A DNA stretch of 64,000 nt from an uncultured Gammaproteobacteria bacterium (lineage in GTDB: Bacteria > Patescibacteriota > Patescibacteriia > Patescibacteriales > UBA12465). How positions within the stretch are numbered: position 1 is the first letter of the stretch; the number at the start of each line of letters is the position of its first letter. This document shows, in pieces, positions 35,995 through 43,157 of the stretch. Made by a program: the position numbers and the translations under genes. The stretch spans positions 51,832 to 115,831 of the forward strand of contig CAZXEE010000001.1 of NCBI GenBank assembly GCA_964639785.1, read 5' to 3'. A model generated the notes under the pieces. The model made no database searches. It was not told where the DNA came from and was given only the letters and a program-made list of their open reading frames with translations.

Positions 35995-37518
35995 TTACTG
36001 GACATTTCCATCGGCGTCGGTTTTTATTATATAAAAATCACCTCCGTTAGCTTCAGTTTCCCCGGCCAATATATAGCCGCCGTCAGAAGTCTGTTGAACT
36101 GAATAGATTTCTTGATATACGGAATCCCCGAAGTTTTTTTCCCAAGTTAGATTGCCGGAAGAATCCGTTTTGATCAGATAGGCATCATAATTATTAATGT
36201 CGTTTGTGCCAGCCATGATATAGCCGCCGTCAGAAGTCTGTTGTCCGCTATTGGATGATTGGTATAGATAGTCGCCGAAGTTTTTCTCCCAAGTTAGATT
36301 GCCGGAAGAATCCGTTTTGATTATATGCGCATCTCCGTCATTAGAGTCGCTGCCGATTATTAATGCATAGCCGCCGTCGAAAGTTTGTTGGACAATGTTA
36401 GCCGGTTTATATCCTAAATTTTCAAAATCTTTCTCCCAGGTTAGATTGCCGGAAGAATCGGTTTTTACCATGTAAGTGTTGTGATTACTTGTTGCGGTGT
36501 CGAATGTTTGTCCGGCTAATATATAGCCGCCGTCGGAAGTTTGCTGGACAGAATAGCTTCCTTGGTAGCCGGTTCCACCGAAATGATTATTCCAGGTTTC
36601 ATTTCCGTTACTATCGACCTTAAGCAAATAAGCATCATAGCCTTCGGTCGCCGTCATGACGACACCGGTTAATATATAACCGCCGTCAGAAGTCTGCTGG
36701 ACGTTTTGGGCGCCTTCCCATAGTCCGGCTTGCCCAAAATAATTACTCCAGGTTTCATTTCCGGAAGCATCGATTTTTAATAGATAGGCATCGCCAGCAT
36801 TATGGTCCATGGTGGTTGCTACAATGTATCCGCCATCGGAAGTCTGTTTTATCGATACTAATCGATATGCATTTTCAGAGCTTAGGTAAATTTTTTCCCA
36901 GATTTTGTTGCCGCTGTTATCTATCTTTACTACATAAATTTCGTTGTTTCCATGTTCATTAGTGATTCCGGCTATGATATAGCCGCCGTCGGAAGTTTGT
37001 CGGACGGAGTAGGCGGCTTGATAGTTTAAGTCGCCGAAACTAACTACAAAATTGTTCGGACCGCTATTGCTACAGTCTATATCTAAAATTCCGCCTGGAG
37101 TCAGACATTTAGGTCCAGAAGCAAGGGTCCCGGTATTGCCGCCTAGACAAAAAGAGATGGAATAGGAGGTGCCGTCGGAGGAAGGAATATAGCCGATAGC
37201 ATTTTGGTTATCACCGCAGTTTCCGTCAGCTGGGGTTGGGGCATTCGGGATGATTTGCATGTAGGTAGAGGTGGCTCCAGTAGTAGTGGAATAGATTTTT
37301 CCAGTATTCCATTCCTCGGCAGTCGGGTATCGGTTATTGTCATTGAAGAATAATTCCAGGGCGGTAGACACTTGCTTTATGTCAGCCACTCTCTTGGCAT
37401 CACGGGATTTAGCTCGAGCATTTTGCAAAGCCAGAACAGAGATGGTTGCCAAAAGACCGATGATGGCGATGACCACTAATAACTCGATAAGGGTGAAGGC
37501 TAATCTTTTAGTTTTCAT
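35995..37518 (-). CDS. Type IV pilin-like protein fused to seven ~50-aa beta-propeller-like repeats
   Basis: The start is corrected to ATG 37516-37518 (MKTKRLAFTLIELLVVIAIIGLLATISV); the ORF-track start at 37713 overlaps tRNA-Gly. Seven repeats follow the pattern SVQQTSDGGYILAG..DAYLIKTDSSGNLTWEKNFG. Confidence 0.85.
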   Translation of the reverse strand: MKTKRLAFTLIELLVVIAIIGLLATISVLALQNARAKSRDAKRVADIKQVSTALELFFNDNNRYPTAEEWNTGKIYSTTTGATSTYMQIIPNAPTPADGNCGDNQNAIGYIPSSDGTSYSISFCLGGNTGTLASGPKCLTPGGILDIDCSNSGPNNFVVSFGDLNYQAAYSVRQTSDGGYIIAGITNEHGNNEIYVVKIDNSGNKIWEKIYLSSENAYRLVSIKQTSDGGYIVATTMDHNAGDAYLLKIDASGNETWSNYFGQAGLWEGAQNVQQTSDGGYILTGVVMTATEGYDAYLLKVDSNGNETWNNHFGGTGYQGSYSVQQTSDGGYILAGQTFDTATSNHNTYMVKTDSSGNLTWEKDFENLGYKPANIVQQTFDGGYALIIGSDSNDGDAHIIKTDSSGNLTWEKNFGDYLYQSSNSGQQTSDGGYIMAGTNDINNYDAYLIKTDSSGNLTWEKNFGDSVYQEIYSVQQTSDGGYILAGETEANGGDFYIIKTDADGNVQ

Positions 37519-37604
37519 AGTTATAGAGCTAGTTTTTGTATTGTTATTATAATAGAGTGTGTCGTATTTGTAAAATGGGGATACAGATCTTTTCCATATA
37601 ACAC

Positions 37605-37632
37605 AAAAGACAGAGTTAATACTCTGTCTTTT
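37605..37632. terminator. Hairpin terminator between tRNA-Gly and the pilin gene
   Basis: aaaagacagagt-taat-actctgtctttt: a 12-bp perfect stem. Confidence 0.55.
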
Positions 37633-37639
37633 GTCTATG

Positions 37640-37711
37640 AGCGGGTAAGGAGAATCGGACTCCTCTCTCGACCTTGGCAAGGTCGCATAATAGCCACTAT
37701 ACGATACCCGC
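37640..37711 (-). tRNA. tRNA-Gly (anticodon GCC)
   Basis: Minus strand: gcgggta..cgacc-ttGCCaa-ggtcg..aggag-tccgatt-ctcct-tacccgc-t. Confidence 0.9.
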
Positions 37712-37725
37712 ATTATTTCGGAGTG

Positions 37726-37799
37726 CGGAGCGGACGGGACTCGAACCCGCGACCTCTGCCGTGACAGGGCAGCGCTCTAACCAACTGAGCTACCACTCC
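37726..37799 (-). tRNA. tRNA-Asp (anticodon GTC)
   Basis: Minus strand: ggagtgg-ta-gctc-agttggtta-gagc-g-ctgcc-ctGTCac-ggcag-aggtc-gcggg-ttcgagt-cccgt-ccgctcc-g. Confidence 0.9.
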
Positions 37800-37940
37800 A
37801 AAATAAAAAGTGATACAGAAAATAATATCTTGTATAACTAGAAAAAATATTAGCAAATATCTTTACCCTTGTCAAAGGGTCTATTATAGGCTATAATAGG
37901 TCTATACAATAAGTTAATAAACAGAGAAAAAACTAACAAT

Positions 37941-38339
37941 ATGGGAGAAAATAATACAAAGAATGAAGTTTTAGATGCCGCTTCCCTGGAAGAGATTAAG
38001 GCTAATTTATTGAAACAAAAAGAACAGATCAAGAGGGATCTGGATGACTTGGCTCGTAAGGACTCACATGAGACCGATAATCGGACCACCGCTTTCCCGG
38101 AATATGGGTATAAGCCGGATGAAAATGCCCAAGAAATCAGTGAGTATTCAGCTAATGTCGTTACTGAGAAGGTCTTAGAAGACTCCTTGGAAGATATCGA
38201 TAGCGCTTTGAAACGGATTGAAAAAGGCAATTATGGCATCTGCAAATATTGCCAGAAACCGATTAGCATCAAGCGTCTTCAGGCTCGGCCGACTGCCAGT
38301 TCTTGCGTTGCTTGCAAGACCGAGCTCCAGGCTGAATAA
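37941..38339 (+). CDS. DksA/TraR-family C4 zinc-finger protein
   Basis: Coiled-coil N-terminus and C-terminal CKYCQKPI..RL.A.P....CV.CK. Confidence 0.8.
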   Translation: MGENNTKNEVLDAASLEEIKANLLKQKEQIKRDLDDLARKDSHETDNRTTAFPEYGYKPDENAQEISEYSANVVTEKVLEDSLEDIDSALKRIEKGNYGICKYCQKPISIKRLQARPTASSCVACKTELQAE

Positions 38340-38340
38340 A

Positions 38341-38811
38341 ATGTTGAATAAGAGGATTATATTAAAAAACATAGCTTTGCTAGCAGCGGCTATGTTTTTT
38401 GTTGCTGACAGGGTTTTGAAGGCTATAGCCAGCCAGGGAACTTGGGTCATGCCCAAGCCTTTATTGGGTAACTGGCTCCAATTCGACTTTATTCCTAATT
38501 ATTATATCGCTTTTTCTTTGCCTTTTGGCGGAGATCCTCTTTTGTGGCTGACCGGGTTGATAATATTAGGCATTTTTTGTTATTTATTTTATTTATTTTT
38601 AGCCAAAAAATTGAAATGGGGCACTTTCTTTCCCTTGACAATATTACTTTTTGGTGCTATATCTAACTTTATAGACAGGGTTCAATATGGCTATGTCATC
38701 GATTACCTGTCTTGCCGTTATTTTACCATTTTCAATCTGGCTGATGTCTTAATCGTTTTAGCTATCTCCTGGATCTTGTTCCAGACCTTGATAAAAAAAG
38801 ATAATCAATAA
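38341..38811 (+). CDS. lspA: Lipoprotein signal peptidase (signal peptidase II)
   Basis: The start is corrected to ATG 38341 (MLNKRIILKN), directly after the dksA-like stop. Contains N.YIAFSLPFGG and ISNFIDRV..G.VIDYL....FNLAD. Confidence 0.85.
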   Translation: MLNKRIILKNIALLAAAMFFVADRVLKAIASQGTWVMPKPLLGNWLQFDFIPNYYIAFSLPFGGDPLLWLTGLIILGIFCYLFYLFLAKKLKWGTFFPLTILLFGAISNFIDRVQYGYVIDYLSCRYFTIFNLADVLIVLAISWILFQTLIKKDNQ

Positions 38812-38815
38812 ATCT

Positions 38816-39514
38816 ATGGGATTCGAGAATAATTTTTTTAATAATAGAGGCGAGGAGAAATCCGGCGTAGCTTTGGAGCAAGAATTTTTTGGCGGTATCG
38901 ATCAGGGTTTGTATAAGAAGCTGGCTATTGAGGCTTTGGCTGGAGAGAGGTTGAAAGAAAAAGGAATGAGATTGGCTATTAAGGATATTAAGAGTCGGAA
39001 TATGGAAATGTATAATGGCTTGATTGAGGAAGCTCGCTTAGAATATCTGCGTAATATCCGTAATCCGATATTGACCAAAGAAGGGATGTTTGAAATCGTG
39101 AAGAGGTCCCAGTCTGGTCGTCCGTCTACTCCGTTCATTTCTGATATGAAGAAGTCTTTGGCCGCTAGATTAAAATTAGAACCGAAGGCGGTTAATTTCT
39201 ATAGCGCTCTTGGCACCAATGCTGATTATTGCGGCGTTGACGGTATTTTTTCTATTAATTTGCAGGGATATAATTTTGATATTGCTGTCGATATTACCAA
39301 GGAATCGACCGAGACCAAGATGGCTAACGCTCAGGAAAAGATGGCTCGTGGCGGCAAGTATTTTGGTGATGTCGTCTTCAGCCTAAGCAATCATGAGGAT
39401 GACTATAATCCGGAAAGGGATGCCGAACTGATTCCGAAATTCACTAAGGATCTGGTAGAGAACTTGAAAGAACAAGTTAACGAATTTAACAATAGAATAG
39501 AAACAAAAAAATAG
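38816..39514 (+). CDS. Hypothetical protein
   Basis: 232-aa ORF, tightly packed after lspA. No recognisable family. Confidence 0.55.
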   Translation: MGFENNFFNNRGEEKSGVALEQEFFGGIDQGLYKKLAIEALAGERLKEKGMRLAIKDIKSRNMEMYNGLIEEARLEYLRNIRNPILTKEGMFEIVKRSQSGRPSTPFISDMKKSLAARLKLEPKAVNFYSALGTNADYCGVDGIFSINLQGYNFDIAVDITKESTETKMANAQEKMARGGKYFGDVVFSLSNHEDDYNPERDAELIPKFTKDLVENLKEQVNEFNNRIETKK

Positions 39515-39517
39515 ATA

Positions 39518-39823
39518 ATGGGCGCAAAAGAAAATTTTTTGGGAAAAGGGAGAAAGATTCAAGCGACTTATGATCATCCTGTTCCGATTGACAGATTGAA
39601 TCTGCCTTTGGAAAAAGGGTCGGCTGTTCGCGTGTTTTGTCAGGGATGTGCTAGCCTGTTCGGTGTCGAACATAATGATGCTTTGGGGCTTATGGAAATT
39701 TTAAGCCAAAAGCCGGAAGAAGAAATCAAATCTTTTTCTAATCATTATTTTCATGTCGGAGCTTGCCCTTTCTGTGATGGAGACCGGTCGTTCGCTGAAA
39801 TCAGAAAAATTCCCAAAGAGTAA
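39518..39823 (+). CDS. Hypothetical small protein with CxxC...CxxC putative zinc site
   Basis: CQGC ... CPFC; 101 aa; starts 4 nt after the upstream gene. Confidence 0.5.
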   Translation: MGAKENFLGKGRKIQATYDHPVPIDRLNLPLEKGSAVRVFCQGCASLFGVEHNDALGLMEILSQKPEEEIKSFSNHYFHVGACPFCDGDRSFAEIRKIPKE

Positions 39824-39861
39824 TTTAAAGAAACAAAAAAGGAACCAATCAATGGTTCCTT

Positions 39862-40299
39862 TTATCTTATCTTTTTGATATTTATTTTTCTGGTTGTTTC
39901 TGTTTTGTGCTGGATATCGATGTGGATGGCTTTGGTTGGCCAGATATCTTTAACCTTCTCAGCCCATTCAATGACCGTTACAGTATCGGCTCGGTTGAGG
40001 TAGTCTAAGGCGCCGATAGCAATCAGGTCTTCAGCTGATTCTAAGCGATAGGCGTCGATGTGACAGAATTTTTTTGGTCCATTAGAATTTCTCAAGTCAT
40101 AGACTTTCATGACGACGAAGGTCGGGCTGTTAACCTTCTTCTTTATCCCCAATCCTTTAGCCACTCCTTGGCTGAAGCAGGTCTTTCCGGCGCCGAGATC
40201 TCCAGTTAAAACCAAAACTTCTCCCCCAACAAATTCTTGGGCAAGCGATCGGCCGAACTCGGTTGTTTCCGCGCTGTCTTGGCTGATGAAAGAAGGCAT
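39862..40299 (-). CDS. tsaE: tRNA t6A biosynthesis ATPase TsaE
   Basis: LTGDLGAGKT.F..G.A..LG....V.SPTF and H.D.YRL. Confidence 0.9.
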   Translation of the reverse strand: MPSFISQDSAETTEFGRSLAQEFVGGEVLVLTGDLGAGKTCFSQGVAKGLGIKKKVNSPTFVVMKVYDLRNSNGPKKFCHIDAYRLESAEDLIAIGALDYLNRADTVTVIEWAEKVKDIWPTKAIHIDIQHKTETTRKINIKKIR

Positions 40300-40390
40300 T
40301 TTTGTCAGTTTATTTTTATGGTTTTAATTATAGCAGAATAACAAAAGACAGGCCAATAGCCTGTCTTTTGCGTTCTTATTATGAAAGTGA

Positions 40391-41023
40391 TTATTTCTTT
40401 TTCTTGGCAACAGCCTTCTTTGCAACTTTCTTCGCCACAGCCTTTTTAGGGGCAGCAACTTTCTTGGCAACGACTGCCTTTTTAGCTGCTGGTTTCTTGG
40501 CTGCAATCTTTTTTTCTACCGGTTTGCTGGCTACCACTTTTTTCTCAACTGCCTTGGGAGCAGCTTTGACAACTGGTTTTTCTTCCTTGGTGAAAAGCAT
40601 TCTCATGATATTATCCAATTTGGTATTTAACATTTCGAATTGCTTCTTATACTGATCGCCGCTTGGAGCATGGCTGGCACCTTTGTCGCTCTTGCTGAAG
40701 CAATCGCTGCAATACACCGGTTTATCTCCAGTCGGTCTGAACGGCACTTCGCAAGAACGGCCGCATTTGTCACAGATAGCAGTAAACATTTTCTTTTCGC
40801 CGCCGAAGCTTGGACGGCTGTCTCGTCTCTCAAAACGGTTTCCGCCGGAATCTTCTTTGCGACCGAAGCAGTCGCTGCAATATACCGGTTTATCTCCAAT
40901 CGGTCTGAATGGCACTTCGCAAGAACGGCCGCAATCAGCACAAATAGCTTTGTGCATAGCTGGTCGCTCTGAACGTTCTCTCTTTCCAAAACCACGATTC
41001 TTTTTTTCTCTAAAATTACCCAT
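40391..41023 (-). CDS. Tandem CxxC-x17-CxxC zinc-ribbon protein with Lys/Ala-rich histone-like C-terminal tail
   Basis: Two copies of AIC(A/D)(D/K)CGRSCEVPFRP.GDKPVYCSDCF. The tail reads KKVVASKPVEKKIAAKKPAAKKAVVAKKVAAPKKAVAKKVAKKAVAKKKK. Confidence 0.8.
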   Translation of the reverse strand: MGNFREKKNRGFGKRERSERPAMHKAICADCGRSCEVPFRPIGDKPVYCSDCFGRKEDSGGNRFERRDSRPSFGGEKKMFTAICDKCGRSCEVPFRPTGDKPVYCSDCFSKSDKGASHAPSGDQYKKQFEMLNTKLDNIMRMLFTKEEKPVVKAAPKAVEKKVVASKPVEKKIAAKKPAAKKAVVAKKVAAPKKAVAKKVAKKAVAKKKK

Positions 41024-41145
41024 AGTTATTGTTATTAGTTAATTATATCCTTAATTGATTATATCATAGCATTGTGGCGGGGAAATACAAGGAGGAATAA
41101 ATAAAAGGCCCCTTAATAAGGAGCCTTTTCCAAATTTTTGTTCAG

Positions 41146-41757
41146 TTAGTCAGGTGTGGCCATGGCTAATTTCTGGACAGTGACGTCTAATGATCCGAAC
41201 TGGATTTCTTTTCTGATGAACTCCACTGCCATCTTTAGTTTGGCGTTCTTTCTTTCTTCCGTTTCGGATTCATTGACCAAACTTAGTTTAGTCCCCAGTT
41301 CTCCTCTGGCGAGGAATAAAGGCATATACCAAAGTTCCCAGAACTTACCATCCTCACCTCTTCTTGACCTGAGGCAATCAAATCCGTATGAAACCAGTTT
41401 CTCGGCATAGTATTTGTACTTTTCCGGGGTGTAGTAATAGCCGCAGAGACCCTGGATGATGATGACCGGCGAATAATATACTTCATTATTGCAAGCATCA
41501 TCACCGAATATTTCAAACTGACCCACCTCTTCTTTGGTGGCCATGCGCCAGAAAGGCAACATAGTAGAGTCTTCCATCGGAGAGGGTAGCGGCTGGTAAC
41601 GAGGAACGGCCTCTATTTTCTTTTCAGAGATTCTGATGTAATAGGCGTCGCTGTTGATTGCCGCCATTATCTTTTCAATATTGTCTTGGGTTAATCCGCC
41701 GATTGTTATTTTTCCGTCACCGGCAAAGATGATTCTGGGGGTGTTTTCTGATTCCAT
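41146..41757 (-). CDS. Hypothetical protein
   Basis: 203-aa ORF, Tyr/Trp-rich. No recognisable family. Confidence 0.55.
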   Translation of the reverse strand: MESENTPRIIFAGDGKITIGGLTQDNIEKIMAAINSDAYYIRISEKKIEAVPRYQPLPSPMEDSTMLPFWRMATKEEVGQFEIFGDDACNNEVYYSPVIIIQGLCGYYYTPEKYKYYAEKLVSYGFDCLRSRRGEDGKFWELWYMPLFLARGELGTKLSLVNESETEERKNAKLKMAVEFIRKEIQFGSLDVTVQKLAMATPD

Positions 41758-41837
41758 GTGTTATGAGTTTTTGTGATTTGTTGAAAGATCTTTTGTCGGT
41801 TTGATATTAGTATTATCCATTAGTTTTGTCAAACAAA

Positions 41838-41862
41838 AAAACAGGCTTTCGCCTGTTCTTTT
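41838..41862. terminator. Bidirectional terminator downstream of the tRNA-Leu/tRNA-Val pair
   Basis: aaaaaaa-caggc-tttc-gcctg-ttctttttt. Confidence 0.65.
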
Positions 41863-41867
41863 TTGTG

Positions 41868-41941
41868 TGGGCACACAAGGATTCGAACCCTGGACCCCTT
41901 CGGTGTAAACGAAGTGCTCTAACCAGCTGAGCTATGTGCCC
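41868..41941 (-). tRNA. tRNA-Val (anticodon TAC)
   Basis: Minus strand: gggcaca-ta-gctc-agctggtta-gagc-a-cttcg-ttTACac-cgaag-gggtc-caggg-ttcgaat-ccttg-tgtgccc-a. Confidence 0.9.
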
Positions 41942-41952
41942 TTATCAGCTTG

Positions 41953-42036
41953 TGGGCGAGAGAGGATTTGAACCTCCACAGCGGTTAAGCTGCAAGCCCC
42001 TCAAGCTTGTGCGTCTACCAATTTCGCCACTCGCCC
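41953..42036 (-). tRNA. tRNA-Leu (anticodon GAG)
   Basis: Minus strand: gggcgag-tg-gcga..cgca-caagc-ttGAGgg-gcttg, long variable arm, then ggagg-ttcaaat-cctct-ctcgccc-a. Confidence 0.9.
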
Positions 42037-42043
42037 TGAAAAC

Positions 42044-42415
42044 TTATTTAACTATCTTAACGGTTTTTTCTTTCAATTTCTTCTTGTATTTGTTGTCTTT
42101 CAAGAAATTCAATTTAGCTCTTTTAACTTCAGCAATCTTCTTGATTTCAATCTTGGTGATAGTCGGCAGGTTGATCGGGAAAATCTTTTCAACGCCAATA
42201 CCATCGGAAGACTTGCGAACAGTGATAGTTGCTGCCTTTTCCTTGTTATGTTTGCGAGCAATGATGATGCCCTCAAAATATTGAATTCTTTCTTTTTCTT
42301 CACCCTTGGTATTCAATTCCTTGATTTTTTGGTGAACCCGGACAGTCATGCCTGGCTTCAAATCGATTGAACGGTCTTTTTTAGTTTCAGCCATATTATT
42401 TAAATAAAGCGCCAA
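42044..42415 (-). CDS. rplS: 50S ribosomal protein L19
   Basis: GMTVRVHQKI.E......ERIQYFEGIIIARK.......TVRK.S.GIGVEKIFP..LP.I.KIE. The start may be the internal MAETKK. Confidence 0.93.
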   Translation of the reverse strand: MALYLNNMAETKKDRSIDLKPGMTVRVHQKIKELNTKGEEKERIQYFEGIIIARKHNKEKAATITVRKSSDGIGVEKIFPINLPTITKIEIKKIAEVKRAKLNFLKDNKYKKKLKEKTVKIVK

Positions 42416-42488
42416 AACGCCGAAAAATTGGCGTTTGTGACTTAATAGATTATTGTTTTATCCAACTTTCCCTATATTATAAGTAAAA

Positions 42489-43055
42489 TTAGCTCTTGTC
42501 AATATGAGCCTTTATGAAATCATAAACCTTTTCTAAGACTTCTTCTGGGGTCAGGTTGGTAGCGTCTAGATAATAATCATAATTGTTTTTATCATGGACG
42601 TCAATATTGTAATATCGTTTGTAGCGGTCGATATCGCTCTGAAGTCTCTGACGCAGGCTGGCTAGGACATCTTGCCAGCTTTTCAGGCCTTTATCCTCAT
42701 TTCCTCTGGCTCCTTTCTCTTCAATATCCTTCCAGATTCTTTTGGCGCCAATTTCTTCATCGGTATCTAAGTAGATCTTCAAAGAATGGGGGATAAAATA
42801 CCAAGAGGTCCGGCCTTCAATGATGAAATTATCTTGGGTCTCCCCCAGTTTTTTCTGGTATTCATCGACTTCCATATCGGTCTGGGGGTCGCTTTCACCC
42901 AGTTTGTTATACTCGGCTAAGGTTAGCCCTCTTTTGGCAGCAGTTTCGCGCCTTAGTCCGCCCATATAGTATCGGGGCCAGCCTAATCTGGCGGCCAGTT
43001 CTTTAGCTAAAGTTGATTTTCCGGAACCGTGAGCCCCGCTTAAGGAGATGATCAT
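42489..43055 (-). CDS. Cytidylate kinase-like P-loop NMP kinase (short form)
   Basis: The start is corrected to ATG 43053-43055 (MIISLSGAHGSGKSTLAKELAARLGW). Contains a P-loop and an NMP-kinase-like lid. Confidence 0.7.
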   Translation of the reverse strand: MIISLSGAHGSGKSTLAKELAARLGWPRYYMGGLRRETAAKRGLTLAEYNKLGESDPQTDMEVDEYQKKLGETQDNFIIEGRTSWYFIPHSLKIYLDTDEEIGAKRIWKDIEEKGARGNEDKGLKSWQDVLASLRQRLQSDIDRYKRYYNIDVHDKNNYDYYLDATNLTPEEVLEKVYDFIKAHIDKS

Positions 43056-43157
43056 AAAGTATTTTACTTTTTTAAAAAAATAAATTATATTATAACTATA
43101 ACACAATCGGCGATAAAATAAAAAGGAAAATAGCCCGAATCAGGGCTCTTTACTTTA

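Noticed and set aside
36000-37100. Tandem ~150-190-bp DNA repeats
   Set aside because: They are the coding repeats of the propeller-like domain, in frame and conserved at protein level. They are not a non-coding satellite or CRISPR array.
37519-37713. N-terminal 65-aa extension of the pilin-propeller ORF as given in the ORF track
   Set aside because: The extension runs through tRNA-Gly (37640-37711) and a terminator hairpin. The internal ATG gives a canonical prepilin leader.
38218-38340. Upstream extension of the lspA ORF (start at 38218)
   Set aside because: It overlaps the last 122 nt of the dksA-like gene in another frame. The ATG at 38341, directly after that gene's stop, gives a normal LspA N-terminus.
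40302-40655. 117-aa Phe/Ala-rich plus-strand ORF
   Set aside because: It is the mirror image of the Lys/Ala-rich tail codons (AAG/GCx read antisense give Phe/Ala/Leu). The minus-strand zinc-ribbon protein is the real gene.
41934-42284. 116-aa plus-strand ORF
   Set aside because: It begins inside tRNA-Val/tRNA-Leu and then runs antisense to rplS.
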